From Dehalococcoidia bacterium (GTDB taxonomy: Bacteria > Chloroflexota > Dehalococcoidia > UBA2979), in assembly GCA_965262725.1 (NCBI GenBank), contig OZ253555.1, forward strand, positions 800,001-864,000: DNA of 64,000 nt. Reading direction: 5' to 3'. The notes beneath the pieces are model-generated. The model saw only the letters and a list, made by a program, of their open reading frames with translations, made no database searches and was not told the origin of the DNA. Below, piece after piece: positions 50,665 through 59,693 of the stretch. Each line of letters opens with the position of its first letter. The first letter of the stretch is position 1. A program made the translations under genes and the position numbers.

Positions 50665-51987
50665 GTGAACACAAGCGAGACCCCGTTGTCGGCCCCCGCA
50701 GCGGACGCCGCGCCCTCCGGGGGTGATCGGCTGCTGCTTCGTGGCGGCCGCCCGCTCCGGGGCCGCGTCGCCTGCGCAGGGTCGAAGAACGCGTCTCTCT
50801 ACGCGCTCGCTGCCGCCCTCCTCTCACCGGAGCCGGTCACCGTCCGCAACCTCCCGGTCATTGCCGACATCGGCCAGATGCTGGGACTGCTCGCCGATCT
50901 CGGGGCGCGCGTCGAGCAGGTGGGCGACGCAGCTCACATCGACGCCTCCGGCCTGAGCGAGACGCTCGCTCCGACAGCGCGGGCGACGGCGCTCCGGGCC
51001 TCCTTCCTTGTGATGGGACCGTTGCTCGCCCGCCTCGGAGAGGCCGCGTGCGCACCGCCGGGCGGCGACGTCATCGGCGTGCGCCCGCTCGACGTGCACC
51101 TCGCCGGCTTCCGCGCACTCGGCGCCACGGTCGCCCGCGAGGGGGGGACGTGGGTCGCGCGGGCGGAGGCCGGCGGCCTGCGGGGAACGCGGGTCTTCCT
51201 CGACTACCCGAGCGTTCTCGGGACGGTCAACGTGCTGTTCGCGGCGACGCGGGCCCGCGGCAGGACGGTCATCGTCAACGCCGCCGCAGAGCCGGAGGTG
51301 GCGATGGTCGCGGAGATGCTGCGCAGCATGGGCGCACGCATCAGCGGCCACGGCTCGCAGATCGTCGAGATCGAGGGTGTGGAGCGCCTCCACGGCACCG
51401 ATTTCACCATCATCCCCGACCGTATAGAGGCGGGCACGTTCCTGCTCGCCGCGGCCGCGACGGGTGGGGCGGTGGAGGTCGACGGCGTGTTCCCCCCGCA
51501 CATGGATGGCGTGCTCACCAAGCTCGCGGAGGCCGGCGCACGACTCGCCGTCACGGCACGCTCCGTCGCCATCGACTGCGCGCAGGGACTGGATGCCGTG
51601 CAACTGCAGGCGGTCCCCTACCCGGGCTTTCCGACGGATCTCCATGCGCCGATCGCGGCAGCGCTGACCCAGGCGGACGGTGTCTCGATCATCCACGAGC
51701 GGGTCTTCGACAACCGGCTGCTCTACGTGGGCGAGCTGCGGGCGATGGGTGCGCGGCTGACGACCGGCGGGCAGAGTGTGATCATCGAGGGGCCGACGCG
51801 CCTCATCGGTACGCCCGTTCGGGCGCTCGACGTGCGGGCCGGAGCCGCGGTCGTGATTGCGGCGCTCGCGGCGGATGGGGAAACCGAGGTGCGTGGCCTC
51901 GAGCATATCGACCGCGGCTACCAGCACCTGGTCGCCCGCCTCGGCGCGCTCGGCGCCGATGTGGAGCGGGTGGGAGCAGCGGCGTAG
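50665..51987 (+). CDS. murA: UDP-N-acetylglucosamine 1-carboxyvinyltransferase (Asp-type)
   Basis: GSKNA, LRAS, PGGDVIGVRP, PDRIEAGT, YPGFPTD and HIDRGY. Start placed at the GTG 6 nt after TATCCT. Confidence 0.95.
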   Translation: MNTSETPLSAPAADAAPSGGDRLLLRGGRPLRGRVACAGSKNASLYALAAALLSPEPVTVRNLPVIADIGQMLGLLADLGARVEQVGDAAHIDASGLSETLAPTARATALRASFLVMGPLLARLGEAACAPPGGDVIGVRPLDVHLAGFRALGATVAREGGTWVARAEAGGLRGTRVFLDYPSVLGTVNVLFAATRARGRTVIVNAAAEPEVAMVAEMLRSMGARISGHGSQIVEIEGVERLHGTDFTIIPDRIEAGTFLLAAAATGGAVEVDGVFPPHMDGVLTKLAEAGARLAVTARSVAIDCAQGLDAVQLQAVPYPGFPTDLHAPIAAALTQADGVSIIHERVFDNRLLYVGELRAMGARLTTGGQSVIIEGPTRLIGTPVRALDVRAGAAVVIAALAADGETEVRGLEHIDRGYQHLVARLGALGADVERVGAAA

Positions 51988-52078
51988 CGGCGTACTGGCG
52001 CCGCTCGGTGTGCGGTGAGAGGGTAGTGGGCGCGGCGTAGCGGCGTCGCCCATCTCGGTCTCGGATCCCGGGGGTTGC

Positions 52079-53113
52079 GTGCTCGGAAAGCGCATCGGCA
52101 TCGATCTCGGAACGGCGAACGTGGTCGTCGTGGAGCACGGCCGCGGCGTCGTGCTCGACGAGCCCGCGGTGGTGGCGCTGACGGAGCGCGACAATGTCGT
52201 CGTCGCGGTCGGCGACGAAGCGCGCGCGATGATCGGGCGGCACCCGGGATCGATCCAGGTGATCCGCCCGATGCGCGAGGGCGTGATCGCCGACTACCTG
52301 ATTACCGAGGCGATGCTGCGGTACTTCATCGGCCGCGTCACCGGGCGCGTCTCCCTCGTCAAGCCGGAGGTGATGATCTGCGTCCCGGTCGGGGTGACCG
52401 GAGTCGAGCAGCGCGCCGTGCGCGACGCGGCGGAGGCGGCGGGCGCGCGCCGGCCGGCGCACCTCATCCCCGAGCCGCTCGCGGCGGCGATCGGTGCGGA
52501 GATCCCGATCGGCTCCGCGCGCGGCCACATGGTCGTTGATGTCGGCGGGGGGCGAACGGAGGCGGCGGTCGTCTCGATGTTCGGGATCGTCGCCAGCGAG
52601 TCGATCCGCGTCGGCGGCGATCGGCTCGACGAGGCGATCTCGCAGTACGTGAAGCGCCGCAACAACCTGCTGATCGGCGAGCGGACCGCCGAGGAGGTGA
52701 AGATCGCCATCGGATCGGCGCTGGTGACCGAGCCGGACCGCACGATCGGGGTGCGCGGTCGCGATCAGATCACGGGTCTCCCACGCACCATCGAACTGCG
52801 CTCATCGGACGTCACGGCGGCGTTGCAGGAGGCGCTGGCGGCCGTCGTGCAGACGGTGCGGGTCGTGCTTGAGCGCACGCCGCCCGACCTGGCATCGGAT
52901 GTGATCGATCGGGGCATCGTGCTCACGGGTGGCGGCGCCCTGCTACCGCACCTCGACGACCTTCTGCTCTACGAGACCGGCGTTCCCGTCCACATCGCCG
53001 ACGATCCGCTCGAGTGCGTCGCCAAGGGTGCAGGCGCCGCGCTCGACTACATGGAGGTGGTGGCGCGCGCTCTGCCGACGCCGGAGGAGTCCCTGCTCGC
53101 CGAGCACGTGTAG
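52079..53113 (+). CDS. mreB: Rod shape-determining actin-like protein MreB/Mbl
   Basis: [31 protein letters not shown] and LTGGGALL. Confidence 0.93.
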   Translation: MLGKRIGIDLGTANVVVVEHGRGVVLDEPAVVALTERDNVVVAVGDEARAMIGRHPGSIQVIRPMREGVIADYLITEAMLRYFIGRVTGRVSLVKPEVMICVPVGVTGVEQRAVRDAAEAAGARRPAHLIPEPLAAAIGAEIPIGSARGHMVVDVGGGRTEAAVVSMFGIVASESIRVGGDRLDEAISQYVKRRNNLLIGERTAEEVKIAIGSALVTEPDRTIGVRGRDQITGLPRTIELRSSDVTAALQEALAAVVQTVRVVLERTPPDLASDVIDRGIVLTGGGALLPHLDDLLLYETGVPVHIADDPLECVAKGAGAALDYMEVVARALPTPEESLLAEHV

Positions 53114-53142
53114 GAACGAGCCCGCGCGCGGTCTCGTCGCCG

Positions 53143-53799
53143 CTACAGGACCGCCTCGGGTGCGGGTTCCGGCTCCTCACTCTTGAGGTAGTAGGTCATG
53201 CTCTGGAGCGCGGCGGCGGGGTCGATTTGACGCACCCGCACGTGCCCGGGCGCTTGCACCGAGCGCGGCGCGTAGTTCAGGATCGCGTGCACGCCGGCAC
53301 CGACCAACTGGTCGATCACCCCCTGCGCGTGCTCGGCGGGGACGGCGACGATGCCGATCTCCACGGGGCGCTCCCGGAGTCGCTGCTCCATCGTGTCGAC
53401 ATGCTCGACGACCTGCCCGGCGACGGTGGTGCCGACGACCGCGGGCGAGGCATCGAAGATCGCGGCGAGATCGAAGCCCTGCGGACCGAAGCCTCGGTAC
53501 GATGCGATCGCCCGCCCGAGCTGGCCGGCGCCGACGAGCGCCATGCTCCAGCGTCGCTCCAGGCCGAGGATCTGCCGCAGTTCGCCGATCAGCCGCTGGA
53601 TGGCATAGCCGCGCCCCTGCTTGCCGAAGCGGCCGAAGTAGGAGAGATCCTTGCGAATCTGTGCAGGCGTCACCCCGAGTTCCGCGCCGAGGTCCTGCGA
53701 GGAGATCACGGAATGCCCGTCGCTCTGGAGCCGGTTGAGCACGCGCAGATAGACGGGAAGCCGCTCGATCACCACCTCGGGGATATCAAGCGGGATCAG
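53143..53799 (-). CDS. rex: Redox-sensing transcriptional repressor Rex (start uncertain)
   Basis: IPEVVIERLPVY, ISSQDLG, QIRKDLSYFGRFG..GRGY, VGAGQLG and ILNYAP. Confidence 0.95.
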   Translation of the reverse strand: MIPLDIPEVVIERLPVYLRVLNRLQSDGHSVISSQDLGAELGVTPAQIRKDLSYFGRFGKQGRGYAIQRLIGELRQILGLERRWSMALVGAGQLGRAIASYRGFGPQGFDLAAIFDASPAVVGTTVAGQVVEHVDTMEQRLRERPVEIGIVAVPAEHAQGVIDQLVGAGVHAILNYAPRSVQAPGHVRVRQIDPAAALQSMTYYLKSEEPEPAPEAVL

Positions 53800-53872
53800 T
53801 GCCTCCTCGGTCGCTCGCCACGCCGGCACCGCAGGGGAACATAGTAGGGACCGAGACGGCTCACGCAAGCGT

Positions 53873-54328
53873 CTATGGTTGCGCCCCCGTCGTCGGCTTC
53901 GGCCCGTTCTCGCGCTCTCCGCGGGCTTCCCGTGAGTCGCCCCGTGGGCGCAGCACGGCCCGGAGCACGGGGCCGGCGAGCAGGAACCCGAGCACCCCTC
54001 CCACCATGTTCGTGACCCAGTCGCCGAGCTGCGGCTCCCGACCCGGGATCTGCTCCTGCAGGAGCTCCGTCGACCCGGCGAACAGCCAGATGGCGAGCAG
54101 CACCATCGCCAGCACGCGGCGGGGTGAGTGCCGCGCGGCGTCGCTCGTGGCGTAGGCGAGTGCGAGAGAGGCGCCGAACCCGGCGAAGACGATCGCGTGC
54201 CACGCCGTGTCGGGGATGGACGACGGCAGGGCGACCCAGTCTCCGGGCGCCAACGTGATGGCGAGCGCGATCGCGCCGCCTACGACGACCGCGACCCGCG
54301 AGATCGCGCGCAGACGACGTGGGCCCAC
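53873..54328 (-). CDS. VanZ-like membrane protein
   Basis: DTAWH, TELLQEQIPGR..LGDWVTNMVG. A GGAGG precedes GTG 54328. Confidence 0.75.
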   Translation of the reverse strand: MGPRRLRAISRVAVVVGGAIALAITLAPGDWVALPSSIPDTAWHAIVFAGFGASLALAYATSDAARHSPRRVLAMVLLAIWLFAGSTELLQEQIPGREPQLGDWVTNMVGGVLGFLLAGPVLRAVLRPRGDSREARGERENGPKPTTGAQP

Positions 54329-54457
54329 GAGTGCCTCCGCTCGGGCTCGGACGACTGACGGGACAGCGCGCGCCCGCCCCCTCGTACACCGCGCCGCGTG
54401 TGGCGGCAAGAGCGGCGAAGGCGGGCGGCAAGCGGCGGGGGTCATGGAGAGGGTACG

Positions 54458-55402
54458 GTGGCTTCCGCGTCATCCGGCGCCAGGACCGCCGCGCCCGGGC
54501 GCACAACGCACGGCGGTGTCGGCGGCTCCGGCAGCACCGGACGCGCGTATGCTGCCCTCGTGGGAGAAGGCGCGGTCCGGCACCCTGTTTCCCCGCTCGC
54601 CGGGCAGATGGCGCGGGCGCTCGGCTCGCCGTTCCTCCCCGGCGTGCTGGAGGAGCTCGGGGGAGCCGGCGACTACCTCGCGTGCGTCTGGCCGCAACTC
54701 GAGCCCAGCGTGGCGACGCAGGGCTTCCTGAACAGCGCTCTCTACATGGCGGACATGGCGAGCGACGGGATCGAGGAGAGCTACGAGCCCGAGCTCTCGC
54801 GCGAGGCGCTCCTTGCCGGCGGCATCACGTCCGCGGAGCTGGAGCGCCTGCTCGCGGTGCTCGACGTGTTCCAGTGGCTCCAGCCGCAGTTGCTGCTGCT
54901 TCTCAGCGCGCTGGCGGAGGCCTGGGATGAGCCGGTCGTCGGGGGCCGGGGCCGCACCGAACCGCGTGAGTTCGGCGAGCGGGCACGTGCCCACCTCGCG
55001 ACCGAGATCCTCCTCGCCCCGCCCGTGGAGCCGCCCCTGGCGGATGTCGCCCGGGCGATCGGGCTTCAGGCTCCCCCCGAGCTCTACCGCGCCGTCGCGC
55101 GCTGGCCGCGCTACGTCGCGCCCGCCTGGGAAGAGCTCGAGCATCTCGCGGCGTACCCACCGATCCGCCGTCGGGGGCGCGCCCTCTACTTCTACGCCCG
55201 CTCCTCCACGCGCTTTCTTGCACACCCGTTACGGGCGAGCAGGGCGGAGCTGCGTGCCCGGGGCGTGTCGTCCGCCTCGCTCGATCAGGCGCGCACGCTG
55301 ATCGACGCGTCGCTGCCGGCGCTCTCGACGATGATGATGCACCTGGCTGCGATGCGGTGGGGACTCGGCGTGCGCGATCGCGAGGTGGTGAAGCGGGCAT
55401 AG
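54458..55402 (+). CDS. DehI (group I haloacid dehalogenase)-like protein
   Basis: Two-repeat layout: DYLACVWPQLEP...LDVFQWLQPQLLLL, then LYRAVARWPRYVAPAWEEL. Confidence 0.55.
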   Translation: MASASSGARTAAPGRTTHGGVGGSGSTGRAYAALVGEGAVRHPVSPLAGQMARALGSPFLPGVLEELGGAGDYLACVWPQLEPSVATQGFLNSALYMADMASDGIEESYEPELSREALLAGGITSAELERLLAVLDVFQWLQPQLLLLLSALAEAWDEPVVGGRGRTEPREFGERARAHLATEILLAPPVEPPLADVARAIGLQAPPELYRAVARWPRYVAPAWEELEHLAAYPPIRRRGRALYFYARSSTRFLAHPLRASRAELRARGVSSASLDQARTLIDASLPALSTMMMHLAAMRWGLGVRDREVVKRA

Positions 55403-55499
55403 TCCCCGTCCGCGCTGTCCACGACGTGTGGCTCCTCCCATCTACACTGGACGCAGTATCGGGTGGCAGGCGCCGGTCGCGGCATCTGGTGGGGGCGCA

Positions 55500-56264
55500 A
55501 TGGATCACCCTCGGGGATGGGTGCTTCCCGCGCTCTGGCGGCCCGATCGGACGGGCGTGCTCGAGGCGCTCCGCGAGGCCGAGATCGGGGAGCTGCATCT
55601 CGTCCCGGAGTCGTCGAACTACGTCTTCGTGGCGGAGCTGACGCACGCCGAGCTGGGCGCGGGCCTCGGGGTCTACAAGCCGAGTCGCGGTGAGCGACCC
55701 CTCTACGACTTCCCCGGCGGCACGCTGCATGGTCGCGAGATCGCCGCCTTCGAATTCTCGCGCCTGCTCGGATGGGGGCTGGTACCTCCTACCGTCGAGC
55801 GCGAGGGAGAGCACGGCCCGGGTTCGCTGCAACTCTTCGTCGAGCACGATCCGACGCAGCATTACTTCGTCCTGCGCGAGCGAGCAGATCTCGTCGCCCA
55901 GCACGTGCGGATAGCGGCCTTCGATCTCGTCGCGAACAACGCCGATCGCAAGGCCGGGCACGTCCTTCTGGGCACGGACAATCGACTCTGGGCGATCGAC
56001 AATGCGCTCTGCTTCCACCGCGACGGGAAGCTGCGCACGGTGATCTGGGACTTCGCGGAACACGAAATCGACGGCGACGGGGTCCGCGACCTCGTACGCG
56101 TGCACGAGCAGCTCCGCGCCGGCGCCCCGGAGGCCGACGCTCTCTCAGAATGCGTGACGGGCGCGGAGCGCGAGGCGCTGGTGGAGAGGCTGGGCGATCT
56201 GATCGCGCAGCCGGTATTGCCCCAGATGTTCCCCTGGCGCTGCTGGCCCTGGCCGCTGATCTGA
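55500..56264 (+). CDS. SCO1664-family PI3/PI4-kinase-like protein
   Basis: SSNYVF, VYKP..GERPLYDFP, REIAA, VPPTV, NNADRKAGH, IDNALCF, KLRTVIW and WPWPLI. Confidence 0.85.
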   Translation: MDHPRGWVLPALWRPDRTGVLEALREAEIGELHLVPESSNYVFVAELTHAELGAGLGVYKPSRGERPLYDFPGGTLHGREIAAFEFSRLLGWGLVPPTVEREGEHGPGSLQLFVEHDPTQHYFVLRERADLVAQHVRIAAFDLVANNADRKAGHVLLGTDNRLWAIDNALCFHRDGKLRTVIWDFAEHEIDGDGVRDLVRVHEQLRAGAPEADALSECVTGAEREALVERLGDLIAQPVLPQMFPWRCWPWPLI

Positions 56265-56283
56265 GGGGGCGGCGGGGCGCGGG

Positions 56284-57285
56284 CTAGGTGCCCCCACGCC
56301 GGCGGAGCCACGACACGGCGCGGCGCCGCCAGCGGGTCCACCTCCACCGCCATCGGCGCTGACGTTGCCGCCTGCGGACCGTCTCCGTCGCCTCGGCGGT
56401 GCCAATCACGAGCGGCATGCGCCAGTCTCGGAGGGAGGGTCTGCGCGGCGCTCGTTGCCCTCCCCGGATGCGGGGGATCTTCCTCGGGGACTCGAACCGC
56501 TCGAAGGGGTGCCACGAGCGCCCGTCGTACATCCAGACCTCGCGGCCGGCCGCCTGAACGAGCAGGACGCCCGCCGCGACGTCCCAGATGTGGAGCCCCC
56601 AGAAGAACGCGCTCTGGAAGATCCCGGTCGCGACGAACACGCACTCGGCGACGGCGCTCCCCGTCGTGCGGTGGTCCCAGCGCTGCTCGCGTCCGGGCGA
56701 GCCGCCGGGAGCAGCCGACAGCCCGCGGCGCACGGTGCCGCTCCCGCTGGGCGGTCGCGGCGCGATCGCCTCACCCTCGAAGCACAGCGGTCCGTTGCGG
56801 TGCGCGTGGTAGACGCCGGGGCGCAGCGCGTGGCCCGTGGAGCACCAGACCGCCCCGATCACCGGCTGCCCGCGGTGGAGGATCCCGATGGAGCAGCCGA
56901 AGAGGGGGAAGCCGTTGATGAAATTCGTCGTGCCGTCGACCGGGTCGATCACCCAGACGTAGTCAGGGTCGCCGACGGGCTCCCCCGCCCCCTCCTCGCC
57001 GATGAGGCCGTGAGCGGGGAACAACGCCCCGACCCGCTCGCGCACCAGTCGCTCGATGGCGTGGTCCACGTCGGAGACGGGATCGGTGGGGGCATTCTCC
57101 CCTCGCGCCTCGCCCTTGTACTGGACCTGGATCTCGCCCTGCAGCGCGCCGGCGATCGTCCGGCCGCCCTCGCGGGCGAGCTCGACGGCGAGCGCCTCGA
57201 TCGCGGCGAGCAGCTCATCGGGAGGCACCCCATCGGGATCGGCCTCCCCGGCCGGCGCTCCTCGGAGCGGCGGTGCCGTCACCAT
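56284..57285 (-). CDS. Inositol monophosphatase-family protein
   Basis: GEE, WVIDPVDGTTNF and WDVAAG. Confidence 0.9.
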   Translation of the reverse strand: MVTAPPLRGAPAGEADPDGVPPDELLAAIEALAVELAREGGRTIAGALQGEIQVQYKGEARGENAPTDPVSDVDHAIERLVRERVGALFPAHGLIGEEGAGEPVGDPDYVWVIDPVDGTTNFINGFPLFGCSIGILHRGQPVIGAVWCSTGHALRPGVYHAHRNGPLCFEGEAIAPRPPSGSGTVRRGLSAAPGGSPGREQRWDHRTTGSAVAECVFVATGIFQSAFFWGLHIWDVAAGVLLVQAAGREVWMYDGRSWHPFERFESPRKIPRIRGGQRAPRRPSLRDWRMPLVIGTAEATETVRRRQRQRRWRWRWTRWRRRAVSWLRRRGGT

Positions 57286-57444
57286 GCCTCCCCTCCCGGG
57301 CGCCCGGGCTGCGTGATCAGGCGTCACCGGTGCGCCCGGCGAGCATAGCGCGGGTGACGGATGTGGCGACCCGCGCTAGTCTCGCCGGGCGCCGCACCGT
57401 CGCCCCGCGGAGGGCACGGGGCGCGCGTGCACGGGAGGGGCGGC

Positions 57445-57630
57445 GTGGGCGAGAGCAGCGGTTGGGGCTACTCGACCGAGGGCGATCTCGACTCGGACCT
57501 CTCGGAGGAGACGGCCTACTCCTCCAGGGATCTGCAGCCGGGCCGGTTCTGGCAGCTCGCCTACCGTGCGCTCCTCGCCGCCGGGCTCGTGGTGCTGCTG
57601 GTTCCGCTCGTGCTCACCGTGTTGCGCTAG
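57445..57630 (+). CDS. Small protein with acidic N-terminus and C-terminal TM
   Basis: SD-like GGGAGGGG, a GTG start and 61 aa ending in a hydrophobic helix, directly upstream of the DUF35 gene. Confidence 0.5.
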   Translation: MGESSGWGYSTEGDLDSDLSEETAYSSRDLQPGRFWQLAYRALLAAGLVVLLVPLVLTVLR

Positions 57631-57639
57631 GGGATCCGA

Positions 57640-58119
57640 GTGGCCGAGCCGCTGATGCCCGAGCCGACGCCCGAGAGCGCTGAGTTCTGGGCGGGGCTCA
57701 GGCGGCACGAGCTGCGTATCCAGCGCTGCCGCGCCTGCGCGCGGTGCTATTTCTACCCGCGGCCCTTCTGCCCCCACTGCTGGTCGACCGATGTGGAGTG
57801 GGAAACGGTCTCGGGACACGCCACGCTCGAGAGCTACGTCGTCAGCTATCGACCCGCGCCCGGCTTCGAGGGCCGCGTGCCCTACGTGATCGCGATCGTG
57901 ACCCTCGAGGAGGGCCCCCGCATGATGAGCAACGTCGTGGGCGCCGGCGTCGATGGCGACACGCCGGCCGAGAGCATCCCGCGGCTGATTCCCGCCGGTT
58001 TGCCGCTGGAGGTCGTCTTCGAGGAGAGGGGGAGGCTCGACGACGGCACCGCGCACGTGCTGCCTCTGTTCCGCCCGAGGGAGCCCCGCCCCGCGGAGGG
58101 AGCCTCCACCGGTGACTGA
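57640..58119 (+). CDS. DUF35 Zn-ribbon/OB-fold acyl-CoA-binding protein
   Basis: FWAG..LRIQRCRAC...PRPFCPHC and PYVIAIVTLEEGPRMMSN. Confidence 0.92.
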   Translation: MAEPLMPEPTPESAEFWAGLRRHELRIQRCRACARCYFYPRPFCPHCWSTDVEWETVSGHATLESYVVSYRPAPGFEGRVPYVIAIVTLEEGPRMMSNVVGAGVDGDTPAESIPRLIPAGLPLEVVFEERGRLDDGTAHVLPLFRPREPRPAEGASTGD

Positions 58120-59269
58120 TCCGCGCGCCTTGCGGCGCGCCGCCGCCATCGTCGGCGCGGCCGAGACGGCGCGTGTCGACGTGCAGCCCGATCGATCCGA
58201 GCTCTCGCTGCACGCCGAGGCGGCGCTCGCGGCGCTCGCCGACGCGGGGCTCTCCCCGGCCGATGTGGACGGGCTCGCCACGGCGGGCCCCCGCCCCTCC
58301 CAGATCGCCGAGTATCTCGGGATCGTGCCGCGGTGGTTCGATGGCACGGCCGTCGGCGGCTGCTCGTTCCTCGTGCATGTCGGGCACGCGGCCGCAGCGA
58401 TTGCGGCTGGCTACGCCTCCACCGTGCTGGTCACGCACGGCGAATCGGGGCGCTCGCGCGTCGGCGTGGAGAGGCGGGTGCCGAGCCCGGCCACGCCGTG
58501 GGGTCAGTTCGAGATGCCGTACGGCGTCTTCGGGCCGCCGACGATGTTCGCGCTGCCGGTGGTCCGGCACATGGCTCGCTACGGAAGCACGGAGGAGCAC
58601 TTCGCCGCCGTCGCCGTGGCGACGCGGCGGTGGGCGGCGCTGAACCCAAAGGCGACGATGCGAGCACCCCTGAGCGTGGACGATGTGCTGGCATCGAGGC
58701 TGATCGCGTGGCCGCTGCGCCTCCTCAACTGCTGCCTGGTCACGGACGCCGGGGGCGCCCTGGTCGTGGTCGGCGGCGAGCGAGCGCGCGACTTCCCCAG
58801 ACCGCCGGTGTGGGTGCTGGGGCGGGGCGAGGCGGTCGCGCATCAGAACGTCTCGCAGATGGCCGATCTCGCCGAGAGTGAGGCCTACCGGGTCGCCGGC
58901 GAAGAGGCGTTCCGGATGGCGGGAGTCGGCCCCTCGGAGATCGATCACGCGATGCTCTACGACGCCTTCACGCACACGCCGGTCTACATGCTGGAGGCGC
59001 TGGGGTTCGTGGAACGGGGCGCCGGCGGCCCCTTTTTCGCGGAGATGCGCACGGCCCCTGGTGGCGAACTCCCCATCAACACCAACGGCGGCGGGCTCTC
59101 GCACACCCACACCGGGATGTACGGGATGTTCGCGATTCTCGAGTCGGTGGTGCAGCTACGCGGTGACGGAGGAGCGCGTCAGGTCGAGGGTGTCGAGCTG
59201 TCGTTGGCGCACGGGGCGGGCGGCATGTTCGCAGCGGGCGCGACGCTCATCCTGACCAACCAGCCCTGA
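58112..59269 (+). CDS. SCP2-type thiolase-fold protein (Ltp2-like acetyl-CoA acetyltransferase/aldolase)
   Basis: AIVGAAET, NPKA, CCLVTDAGGA, LYDAFT and INTNGGGLS. Overlaps the DUF35 gene. Confidence 0.88.
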   Translation: MTDPRALRRAAAIVGAAETARVDVQPDRSELSLHAEAALAALADAGLSPADVDGLATAGPRPSQIAEYLGIVPRWFDGTAVGGCSFLVHVGHAAAAIAAGYASTVLVTHGESGRSRVGVERRVPSPATPWGQFEMPYGVFGPPTMFALPVVRHMARYGSTEEHFAAVAVATRRWAALNPKATMRAPLSVDDVLASRLIAWPLRLLNCCLVTDAGGALVVVGGERARDFPRPPVWVLGRGEAVAHQNVSQMADLAESEAYRVAGEEAFRMAGVGPSEIDHAMLYDAFTHTPVYMLEALGFVERGAGGPFFAEMRTAPGGELPINTNGGGLSHTHTGMYGMFAILESVVQLRGDGGARQVEGVELSLAHGAGGMFAAGATLILTNQP

Positions 59270-59290
59270 GGTATCGGCCCCTCGGAGCCG

Positions 59291-59479
59291 CTACTCCGTG
59301 TCGATGCCGGCCGGGGCAAGGCAGGTGGGGTGGTTGCAGAAGCAGAGCTCGGCGGCCTGGCTGCAGTCGCAGCTCATGTCACAGCCCTGCCCGCCGAGCG
59401 CCCCGAGGCGCCTGAGACCTGCGACGACGAGGCCGAGGAGCATGCCGACGATCAGGATCCGGCTCAGGCTGCGTCGCAT
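59291..59479 (-). CDS. Membrane-anchored Cys-rich microprotein
   Basis: 62 aa: a TM or signal segment, then CDMSCDCSQAAELCFCNHPTC. Third codon positions are mostly G/C, and a TAGAAT -10 lies upstream. Confidence 0.65.
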   Translation of the reverse strand: MRRSLSRILIVGMLLGLVVAGLRRLGALGGQGCDMSCDCSQAAELCFCNHPTCLAPAGIDTE

Positions 59480-59693
59480 TCGGTGTTCCCCGTCCCGGTC
59501 CGCACCGCCGCCGTCGCCTGGGCGACCGCGGGTCGCCGCCCCGACGAAGCCGGGTGCGCCACGGTCCCGCGACGAACATTCTACGCTGCAGCCCTCCGCT
59601 CCGCCGCCGCACGACCAGATCTCCGCGGGCTTTCGCCCGCCGACCGGGCCGTGCTTCGATGCCGGGTGAGAGAGGTCGTTCGGGAACGGGGGC

